DNA from: Candidatus Lokiarchaeum ossiferum
Lineage (GTDB): Archaea > Asgardarchaeota > Lokiarchaeia > Sigyniarchaeales > Promethearchaeaceae
Assembly: GCA_025839675.1 (NCBI GenBank)
Contig: CP104013.1
Location: 3,720,001-3,752,000 of the forward strand
DNA length: 32,000 nt
Direction of reading: 5' to 3'
This document shows, in pieces, positions 16,314-24,506 of this stretch. Position numbers and translations under genes: made by a program. The number at the start of each line of letters is the position of its first letter. The first letter of the stretch is position 1. The notes under the pieces were generated by a model, which was given only the letters and a program-made list of their open reading frames with translations, was not told where the DNA came from and made no database searches.

Positions 16314-18636
16314 GGCAGTATTACGGGATATTTACTTTCACAAAGGAAGGAGTTTTATTACCTTCTTTGCGTTATTTTTAGTGATCGCTTTCCCAATTGC
16401 TATGTTTTCAACTAGTCCTTCAATCGAAAACTCGATAGAAACAAACTATGAAGAATATCATCTGGCTCAACTCGATCTTTTTCTGGGCCCCGTTCATGAA
16501 GACCTCACCGATAATATTTCTGACACAATTTTGGATACCATTGGGACTTCTCCAGAACGAATTCAAGCCCGTTTAAATACCAATACAAAACTCAACCATG
16601 AGGATACATGGTATTCAGTCCATACGCTTGGGGTTGATCCAAACAAATCCTACGATATCAATGAAGTAGAAGTTATAGAGGGGCATTTTGCCATGAAGGA
16701 AGGCGAGATTGCTATTTTAGATACCTTTGCTTCGCATCTGAACGTCTCCCTTGGAGATTCACTGACCTTTAATTTGAATGAAAAGAATGCAACCTTTTCC
16801 ATTGTGGGATTAGTGAAAGCAATAAATTACTTGAGTTATGAACTTATACAAGAAGGGGCCGTCTATCTAAATGAAGCCGATTTACGGGACCTAATGGGAT
16901 ATCCAGAAAATTATTACAATGAGGTTGTGATATATTTTTCTGAGAATACCACTGATGATGAAATTGAAGAATCCTCCATTGATGTTAGAGATTTCTTGGA
17001 GGATAACCACATACCCGTATACTTAGTTTGGCATACTCGTGTTGTATCTTATAGTGCTGTGCTTTCCGATGCACTCAGCTTAACTTCGAGTTATTTAGCC
17101 ACTTCAGCGATTCTAATAATCATAATTGTGGGTATCGTTATTTTTATTATCACAAAACGCTATGCTATCGAACAACGAAAACAAACTGGGATGCTGTATT
17201 CTTATGGATTTTCTTCTAAAACTATTATGCTTGCGTTCCTCCTCCGAACTTTTATTCTCTCGATATTTGCTATCATCATTGGATCCGTTGCTGGTTGGAA
17301 TCTGCTCAAACTTCTATCTTCCTTTTTAGGGAATTTGTGGGGTTTGATGGATGTGACTGCTATATTAACTGCAGGGGTGCTCATCGAAGTGATAGTCTCC
17401 ACATTTGTGGTATCGTTGCTATTTACTTTCCTTGCTGCACGCGAAAATGTATCACTCACACCTTATGAAGCAATCCGAGGAAAGGCCAAAGAATTTTCCC
17501 AAAAACTAAATTTCAGCTCCATGCTTCGTTTTCCAATGCAGCTGAAAGTTCCTATGCGAAATGTGTCACGCAGTAAAATGCGCAGTATTTTGACTGTCTT
17601 GGCATTTAGTGGATCAATTATGCTATCATTCTCTCTCATTAATACTCAAACCTGCCTTTCGGCCACTCAAGAGGATTATTTTTCCAAACTCACATGGGAT
17701 GTTCAGAGTGTTTTTAATACGCCCGATTATTCAGATAGTATTTATGAAGAGTTGAAAGAAAATGAGGCCATTGTCACCAGTGAACCGTTTCTGAAACTTA
17801 ATGTCCAATTTTTCGAACAAGTCGAACAAATGACAAATCTTAGGGGATTCTTGTCAAATAGCACTTTAAATGAAATTGATCTTCAAGAAGGGACTGGTTT
17901 TTCTGAAGATATTAAGAATGAAGTAATCCTCTCCCAATATAGTGCGGATAATCTTGGATACACCGTTGGGGATAATTGTAGTTTTTGGTTATTTGATCGT
18001 CAAATTAATGTGACCATCGTGGGTCTTAGTCGTACCATGGATATGCCAATCGCCATGTATATACAGTTGGAAACCTTGGAAGATATCTTTGGTTTTATGC
18101 CGATTAATGGCATGTTGGTGGATGTACAAGATGATGAGCTTGATGATTATATGGATGATCTTAATGAAAATCCTGATGTGCAATTTGCTATCAAAAAAGC
18201 TAAATTTGTTGTGCAAATACGACAAGTGATAGCGTCTCAGACTGTGATTGTGAACATTATGGTTGTTTTAGGACTAATCGTCTCTTTCCTCTCAATCTTT
18301 TCCACCACATTAATCATTGTAATTGAACGGGAGCGGGAATATGCCCTGCAAAGGGTATTTGGTTTTTCAACGTGGCAAATTCTGACTCAAATTTTCCTTG
18401 AGCTGATGTTCTTAGTGGTAATCGCTTTAGGACTTGGCTATCTCTCTGGGAATTATCTAAGTATCTATTGGAAAAATTTAGTAGCTCGAAATTTCTTTTC
18501 AGTGGATACCTATTTCATATGGACCGATTATGTTCTTCTATTTATCTTCGCCCTCGGCGGCAGCTTATTTTCCCTATTTCCAGAGTATAGGTCCCTCCAA
18601 TCCCAATGTTTGGCCGAAGGAATTAAAGAAGAATAG
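16288..18636 (+). CDS. ABC transporter permease with two FtsX-type modules
   Basis: 782 aa. Two TM bundles each have an FtsX-like cytoplasmic loop (KRYAIEQRKQTGMLYSYGFS and IEREREYALQRVFGFS). Large soluble domains separate them. The GTG start overlaps the ATPase gene by 26 nt. Confidence 0.8.
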   Translation: MPKLKAIYKAVLRDIYFHKGRSFITFFALFLVIAFPIAMFSTSPSIENSIETNYEEYHLAQLDLFLGPVHEDLTDNISDTILDTIGTSPERIQARLNTNTKLNHEDTWYSVHTLGVDPNKSYDINEVEVIEGHFAMKEGEIAILDTFASHLNVSLGDSLTFNLNEKNATFSIVGLVKAINYLSYELIQEGAVYLNEADLRDLMGYPENYYNEVVIYFSENTTDDEIEESSIDVRDFLEDNHIPVYLVWHTRVVSYSAVLSDALSLTSSYLATSAILIIIIVGIVIFIITKRYAIEQRKQTGMLYSYGFSSKTIMLAFLLRTFILSIFAIIIGSVAGWNLLKLLSSFLGNLWGLMDVTAILTAGVLIEVIVSTFVVSLLFTFLAARENVSLTPYEAIRGKAKEFSQKLNFSSMLRFPMQLKVPMRNVSRSKMRSILTVLAFSGSIMLSFSLINTQTCLSATQEDYFSKLTWDVQSVFNTPDYSDSIYEELKENEAIVTSEPFLKLNVQFFEQVEQMTNLRGFLSNSTLNEIDLQEGTGFSEDIKNEVILSQYSADNLGYTVGDNCSFWLFDRQINVTIVGLSRTMDMPIAMYIQLETLEDIFGFMPINGMLVDVQDDELDDYMDDLNENPDVQFAIKKAKFVVQIRQVIASQTVIVNIMVVLGLIVSFLSIFSTTLIIVIEREREYALQRVFGFSTWQILTQIFLELMFLVVIALGLGYLSGNYLSIYWKNLVARNFFSVDTYFIWTDYVLLFIFALGGSLFSLFPEYRSLQSQCLAEGIKEE

Positions 18637-18859
18637 GAAGATTTATTGGATCTTTCGTTTTTTTATTCCAATTGTTAAACAAAACCCATTTGAACCAAAC
18701 ATTCTTTCAGAAAACCATGGTATCAACCAACTGAAATATCTTAAACATCCAAATTTAACAACTGGTCATCCAACATAGTTTAAATTGGAAAATACCTTTT
18801 TTCACTTTTTCAATCTGTTATATCAAAACGGCTAAAAATTTGGCCTCGTTTTTTTATCT

Positions 18860-19405
18860 ATGATCGAAATTCCAACCCTCCCCTCGGCGAGGTTAGTCTT
18901 AAGAAAACCAATGGAAAAGGATGCCATCGATCAATTGGAGTTATTTCGAGATCCAGAGGTCATGCGTTTTCATGGAGAAGAACCCTATCAATCTCTCCAA
19001 GAAGTAAAAGATGAGATTAATGCTTTTGTGGAGCTTGCTGAAACGGAAGAAGGGATGATTTGGATGATCATTTTAAAAGAAACAGATCAATGTATTGGAG
19101 ATATCGGATTTTTTAAGTGGGATAAAGCCAATTTCCGATGTGAAATTGGGTTTAAACTCAAACGAGATTGTTGGGGGAAAGGGTTAATGTCAGAGGCAGT
19201 CACAACGATTCTTGATTTTTTGTTTAATGAACTTAATTTAAACCGGGTGGAAGGATTGGTAGATCCGAACAATCTGCCATCTCAGAAGTTATTACGTCGC
19301 TTAGGTTTTCAAATGGAAGGGGTTCTGCGTGATTATGAGTTTGAAAAAGGTCGATTTGGCGATCTCCAGATGAATTCGTTATTAAAACGCGAATGGAATA
19401 AATAA
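18860..19405 (+). CDS. GNAT N-acetyltransferase, RimJ/RimL-like
   Basis: RLVLRKPMEKDAIDQLELFRDPEVMRF and WGKGLMSEAV...LNLNRVEGLVDPNNLPSQKLLRRLGF are typical of the Acetyltransf_3 subgroup. Confidence 0.85.
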   Translation: MIEIPTLPSARLVLRKPMEKDAIDQLELFRDPEVMRFHGEEPYQSLQEVKDEINAFVELAETEEGMIWMIILKETDQCIGDIGFFKWDKANFRCEIGFKLKRDCWGKGLMSEAVTTILDFLFNELNLNRVEGLVDPNNLPSQKLLRRLGFQMEGVLRDYEFEKGRFGDLQMNSLLKREWNK

Positions 19406-19515
19406 GGAGTTATAATTTTATTCTTCACCTATACTAAATATCTCTCTAAGTTTTTTTAAGAAATTTATAATTCATAATCATTATCCTTAAGATTTACTTC
19501 ATCTTCACTGCTTTT

Positions 19516-20265
19516 ATGAAGTCAATTCCCCATTCAATGTTAAAAATTAAGAAAATTTATGATATTATTATCCCCGCTGGGAAAATTCTGCAAGATATTG
19601 ATAAAAATCATCAATTTAATGACAATCTTCTCGAAAATCGAACAGTTAAACCCCAGAATAAGGAAGTATTTGCGATAATCGGAATTTTAATGTGGATGTT
19701 CATGATTAAATACTTGCTTGACTTCTTAGGTGTTTTTGGGGAGATTTTATTTTTTCTATTAATCCCCCTAAGTGCGTTAAGCCATTTAGTCGGTGAAGTC
19801 GATGAATTTCAAAAAAATTCTCCTGCTCCAGAAGAAAAATTTCCTCGGGCTCGCGTTATTGAAATTTTCCTATTGCAGATAATTTATATCGGGTTTGCGT
19901 TTTTCAGTCTTCGCGGATTTATTGGACACACTATATTAGCAGACACAGTAGCAATGGATATTGGATGGCCGATTGGGAGTCCTTTTCAAATTGAACTTGC
20001 ATTTTATCATCTTGGTCTTGGAATAATGGGTATTCTGTGCATTTGGAAGCGAGATTCGATCTGGATCGGCTTAATTTATTCGAAGTCCATATTTCTTTTG
20101 GGAGCAGCGGGTGTTCATTTTTGGGACATTTTTGCAAATCAAAACCATTCCCATGGGAATACAGGAACGATATTGTATCTTCACGACTTAGCCTTACCGA
20201 TAATTTCAATAATACTTCTACATATCTATTTAAAGTTTCAAGGTGAATGGAAGAAAAATGAATAA
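19516..20265 (+). CDS. Hypothetical integral membrane protein
   Basis: It has several hydrophobic segments: FAIIGILMWMFMIKYLLDFLGVF, IFLLQIIYIGFAFFSL, LGLGIMGILCIW, IFLLGAAGVHFW and LALPIISIILLHIYL. The start is uncertain. Confidence 0.5.
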   Translation: MKSIPHSMLKIKKIYDIIIPAGKILQDIDKNHQFNDNLLENRTVKPQNKEVFAIIGILMWMFMIKYLLDFLGVFGEILFFLLIPLSALSHLVGEVDEFQKNSPAPEEKFPRARVIEIFLLQIIYIGFAFFSLRGFIGHTILADTVAMDIGWPIGSPFQIELAFYHLGLGIMGILCIWKRDSIWIGLIYSKSIFLLGAAGVHFWDIFANQNHSHGNTGTILYLHDLALPIISIILLHIYLKFQGEWKKNE

Positions 20266-21088
20266 AAAGGACCGCTTGCTTGATCTTCTAACTCCCATTT
20301 TTGAGAAAGCTATTAGAGAGAATAATAGCAATTCTTTATACCAATTTCTCATTCAGAATTGTGAACTCCCTGGAAGGAGAGCTAACTTGGAATTGGCTCA
20401 TGCCTTCAGTATCTGTGTAATGAATGATAAAAAAGCACTTTTAAAATCAGCAAAATGGCAATTATTAGAAGGGTTGGTCAGTGTTTCTGAAGCAGTTGCT
20501 CCTGTTAATTCGCCGAAAGAGTTCTTACCCTTTAGTGGTTATATTGGGATGGGGGGATTTGTTAAAAAGAATCCCGAATATTTGGACAAAGTTTTGCAAC
20601 ACTACAAAAATGCGGCTGTTGATGGAAGATGGCGGGTAAGGGAAGCGATTGCGCAAGGAACCAAGTATTTTATTGCTGATCACGCCGATTCTATCTTTAT
20701 TGAATTCAAAAAATGGGTGGATGAACATGATTTTATGTTAATACGTGGGGCTCTAGCAGGGTTAGCAATTCCTTCTTTTTTAGAAGACCAAAAGTATTCT
20801 GTAAAATTGCTCGATCTACTCGGTGATGTAATTACAATTGTCCAGCAAATTGAAGAAGTCCATTATAAAGATGATAAATTTATTATTCTTGAAAAAGGAT
20901 TAAAATTTATTATTAGCGTGGCGGTAGCTTCCAATCCACGGTATGGATTTGAATTGATGTTCCATTGGACTGATGGAGCTTCCTCAAAACTAACAAAAAT
21001 ATTAATGGAGAATTGTAAGAAAGCACGAATCGCAAAAAAATTTCCTCAAGAAGTTCAAGCGGTTATGAAAATTTTGAAATCTAATTAA
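20243..21088 (+). CDS. Hypothetical all-helical (HEAT/ARM-like repeat) protein
   Basis: Helical-hairpin-like segments are present (RRANLELAHAFSICV, DGRWRVREAIAQG). The likely ATG at 20258 overlaps the upstream stop (ATGAATAA), which suggests coupling with the membrane protein gene. Confidence 0.45.
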   Translation: MNGRKMNKKDRLLDLLTPIFEKAIRENNSNSLYQFLIQNCELPGRRANLELAHAFSICVMNDKKALLKSAKWQLLEGLVSVSEAVAPVNSPKEFLPFSGYIGMGGFVKKNPEYLDKVLQHYKNAAVDGRWRVREAIAQGTKYFIADHADSIFIEFKKWVDEHDFMLIRGALAGLAIPSFLEDQKYSVKLLDLLGDVITIVQQIEEVHYKDDKFIILEKGLKFIISVAVASNPRYGFELMFHWTDGASSKLTKILMENCKKARIAKKFPQEVQAVMKILKSN

Positions 21089-21215
21089 GGATTACAATTG
21101 TTTTTTAAAAATTAATTTTTTGTCTCGAATATCCATGATAATTCAAATAATGCATCGTTCTCGCTTGGATTTTTACATAAATTCTATTTGAGTCCATTTT
21201 TTCTTATTTTATAGG

Positions 21216-21650
21216 TTATTGGCTCTCCACATAGGTCTTGAAAAAGTTCATATCCTTCAATGTTTGTTTTGGAAACGAAGTTCTCATGAAAAATCCTATA
21301 AATTTCATGACTCCTGAAAACTGAAATACATTGTGATTCACCCATTTAGTTGTATCAGGAGTTATAGCAAAAAAATGGTTTTCTACTTCATTATAAACTC
21401 CTTTTGCTTCATAGGTCGCAGTGAAAATATCCGGAAAATTTCTATTCAAAATAGTTTCAATCATTTCTACATTCCTTCCATTTTCCAAGTATATTAATTG
21501 TGTTTTTGCCCCTTTTTGACCAGGTATTCCTTCTAAATGTTCAACTTTTTGTAAGCCCGGTTGCCATTTTTGAAGATGTTCATAACTATCAAAATATTGA
21601 ATTACTTCAGTTAGGGGACGATTAATAATGATTTCAACTTGATATTTCAT
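21216..21650 (-). CDS. SRPBCC (START/polyketide-cyclase-like) family protein
   Basis: 144 aa. The N-terminus MKYQVEIIINRPLTEVIQYFDSYEHLQKWQPGL is typical of the family. Confidence 0.7.
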   Translation of the reverse strand: MKYQVEIIINRPLTEVIQYFDSYEHLQKWQPGLQKVEHLEGIPGQKGAKTQLIYLENGRNVEMIETILNRNFPDIFTATYEAKGVYNEVENHFFAITPDTTKWVNHNVFQFSGVMKFIGFFMRTSFPKQTLKDMNFFKTYVESQ

Positions 21651-21715
21651 GAAAAATTAATCGAATATAAAAATATAAACCATTTTCTTATTTTTATGAA
21701 TAAATTTAAAGAGAT

Positions 21716-21748
21716 TTCCTATTTTAAACAAATCTTCTAAAATAGGAA
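21716..21748. promoter_or_regulatory. Perfect 11-bp inverted repeat TTCCTATTTTA-N11-TAAAATAGGAA in a divergent promoter region
   Basis: The arms are 21716-21726 and 21738-21748. It lies 66-98 nt upstream of the SRPBCC start and about 175-205 nt upstream of the gelsolin-like gene. Confidence 0.25.
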
Positions 21749-21922
21749 CAGTAATTAATCAAACTAGCTTAAAAAAAAAAGGGAGAAATTTTAAACATCA
21801 AAAAATGATTAATATTGGGGTTTCCTAGAACAAAACATAAAACGTAATGAAATTCTAGTCAAAATACCTCAACTCATTCCTTCCTAACTAAATTTCTCAT
21901 CAAATCTTCCTAATGAATCACT

Positions 21923-24466
21923 ATGTCAGAAAACACCATACTAATCTATAAGCTTAACACTGAAGGAAATATCATTGAAATCGATCCAACAAAGTTATTG
22001 GATGAATTTATTTCTGTTAATATCATCTTCTTCTATTTTTGGGATGAAAAACATCTATATGTGTGGATTGGCCAAAATGCTGGCAAGGAAATGCGCAAAT
22101 ATATTCCCCCCGCGGAAGAAAAAATTCTGAAATCCAATGATCGAGTTCGGATTCTCCGCCATTTTACTGTAGATCAAAATCAAGAATCTCGCGAATTTCT
22201 CGAAAAAATTCATCTCGATAAGAAGGATATTAAAAAACGGTCGGATGATTATTCCAAATATCGCATTAGTGTCTATCAAGAAATTCAAGATCTCCAAGTC
22301 GAAAAAGGGTCTAATTCAATGGTTGGGAAATTTGATGATGCGATTATTAAGGCGCGTGAAATAATTGAAACAGCCAAAAAAGTTAATGATGCAGATGTAA
22401 TCGAAGAAGAAGAACGATTTATTAAAGAAATGGAAGGAAATAAGGCGATTGCCGAAAAACGTAAAGAAGCTTCCAATAAAATCGCCTCGCTAACTGAATT
22501 ATTGCAAAGTCATATCGCTTCCAAAGATCCACTTGAGGCGCATACAGTTGCAGATGAGATCCGCACCCTTTATACCACATTAATTAAACGAGCAATACCC
22601 GGGACGTTGAAGCAACTCCTTTTCAAAGAAGAAAAGTTCTATGAAAGTTTCCGACATCAACAAGATGAAATTAAAGCGAAAGTGAATAAATTTGTGCACC
22701 CGATTGATCAAGATATTGAAACTCAAGATTTTGCGGATGCAAAGGAAAAATTCCAACAAGTATTTGAACTTCTTAAAGATTCAAAAGATGAAACTTTAAT
22801 TCAAGAATGGCAAGCAAAGCAGAAATATTTAGATGAACAGAAAGATTCTTGGGAAAAAGAACAAGAAGAAATTCGGAAACGGGAAGAAGAAATTGCTCGA
22901 AAAATTTCCGAGTTAAAAGCTGAAATTACCAAAGCTTTTGAAGCAAAGGATTATGAACAGGTGCAATTCTATCTCGCTGGATTAGAAAGTGTAAAAGAAG
23001 ATACTACTAAAAAAGACGTGTTAGAACAAACTCAAACTTATTCCTCCGAAATTCAAGAGAAATTGGCCCATATGCTTTTAATTGATACAAAAGTGGAGAA
23101 AATTACTACTAATCTTGCTGAAAGCAATCAGTTTGCCAACCAAAAGAATTATAATGAAAGTCTCGCTAAATTAGAAGCCACGCTTGAATTAGTTACATTA
23201 CCTGAATTGGAAGAGTATAGAGAAAAAATCGAATCAGAAATTCTACGAGTTAAAGGAGAAAAAGAAGTTTTCCAAAAACGGCTACAGACTTTTGACAAGT
23301 TAACCCAAACCGTTGTTGAAAATCAAGCGAAATTACAATGGAATGTTGCGATTCAAAATTGCACTAAAATTATCGAATTGGCGAAGGATTGTGATAAACT
23401 TGATGAGATTCCTAAATACCAAGCAATACTCGATACTGTCACTGAAAAATATAATCGACAAAAACAACTCGCCTTAGAAGAACAGGAAGCATTACTACAA
23501 AAAGCAAAAGCGATTGAAAATATCATCGAAGTTGATGAAGGTGTACTCCCAATGGTAGATGATTTTGCTATTTCCGATTTACTTGGGGATCTGGATGCGG
23601 ATGTGGATAATATGATGGATCAGTTAGGCTCCCTCTTGGAAACACAAAGGGTTGAAATCAAGACCGATCTGAGCAGTAAATCTGTGATTCGCAGTGCATC
23701 TGGGGAAGTTTTGGAATTAAATACCACAACAAATATTAAACAGGATGATTCACCTGCTAATGGTGATGGGCATCAAAAACCAATTTCGTTTTCAGTGGAA
23801 TCAGGGTTAGATAATCCTTTTGATGATTTCATAGAAGAGGCGATTATTGAAGATATTATTCCATATAATTTTGAAATCTCCGAGATAACATTGAACGGTG
23901 AAATTCCAATAGAAAAACCCGAACAAATTCTCTTAAAAGATGGGATGCAATTACACTGGGTTGTGAAAGATATTGCCCCTAAAGAATCAGTCAAAATAAA
24001 TTACGATTTAAAGCGACGAGTTTCCCGTACCATTATTTTGCCCTTAGAAGATCAATTGAAGATAATCAAAACCCATACTAATGTGCACCAACTCCATTTA
24101 GAGGGTTTATATGATGCGCAATTAAAATTTGCCAACCAATTTAAATCCGTACTAAGAGGTGTTGTGATAGAAGATATTGTCCCACAATTTTACGTGTTTG
24201 AAGTAAAACAACCTGATAATATTAATCCAGACTCACAACTGGAACAAAGTGCGGGATCCTTAGTAAAGTGGAATATTACTCAATTAGAACAAGAACATTC
24301 CATGTTGCATCGCTATCAGTTGCTTGAAATATTTCGTTTTGAAGATTTGAAAATTTCTATTGATCAAATGAGTAATGCGGCCTTTGAGGAATTAGAAAAA
24401 GGTAAATTAGGGGCAAGTCTTCAAAAATATTCCGATCTCATGAAATTACTCGACGAATATAAGTAA
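21923..24466 (+). CDS. Gelsolin-like domain protein with long periodic helical/coiled-coil region and two DUF11-like beta-sandwich repeats
   Basis: aa 5-97, LIYKLN...EIDPTKLLDEFISVNIIFFYFWDEKHLYVWIGQNAGKEMRKY...RVRILRHFTVDQNQESREFLEKI, fits the gelsolin pattern (L..D.yil....iyvWiG..as..e...a...v.eg.Es.eF). aa 100-530 are charged and helical with about 66-aa periodic modules. aa 640-800 hold two repeats of type (I/V)IEDI(I/V)P...W....(I/L)....Y.L. No signal peptide or TM segment is present. Confidence 0.6.
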   Translation: MSENTILIYKLNTEGNIIEIDPTKLLDEFISVNIIFFYFWDEKHLYVWIGQNAGKEMRKYIPPAEEKILKSNDRVRILRHFTVDQNQESREFLEKIHLDKKDIKKRSDDYSKYRISVYQEIQDLQVEKGSNSMVGKFDDAIIKAREIIETAKKVNDADVIEEEERFIKEMEGNKAIAEKRKEASNKIASLTELLQSHIASKDPLEAHTVADEIRTLYTTLIKRAIPGTLKQLLFKEEKFYESFRHQQDEIKAKVNKFVHPIDQDIETQDFADAKEKFQQVFELLKDSKDETLIQEWQAKQKYLDEQKDSWEKEQEEIRKREEEIARKISELKAEITKAFEAKDYEQVQFYLAGLESVKEDTTKKDVLEQTQTYSSEIQEKLAHMLLIDTKVEKITTNLAESNQFANQKNYNESLAKLEATLELVTLPELEEYREKIESEILRVKGEKEVFQKRLQTFDKLTQTVVENQAKLQWNVAIQNCTKIIELAKDCDKLDEIPKYQAILDTVTEKYNRQKQLALEEQEALLQKAKAIENIIEVDEGVLPMVDDFAISDLLGDLDADVDNMMDQLGSLLETQRVEIKTDLSSKSVIRSASGEVLELNTTTNIKQDDSPANGDGHQKPISFSVESGLDNPFDDFIEEAIIEDIIPYNFEISEITLNGEIPIEKPEQILLKDGMQLHWVVKDIAPKESVKINYDLKRRVSRTIILPLEDQLKIIKTHTNVHQLHLEGLYDAQLKFANQFKSVLRGVVIEDIVPQFYVFEVKQPDNINPDSQLEQSAGSLVKWNITQLEQEHSMLHRYQLLEIFRFEDLKISIDQMSNAAFEELEKGKLGASLQKYSDLMKLLDEYK

Positions 24467-24506
24467 TCTCTTTTTTATCATTATCTCACTTCGAGGCAAA
24501 AAACCA

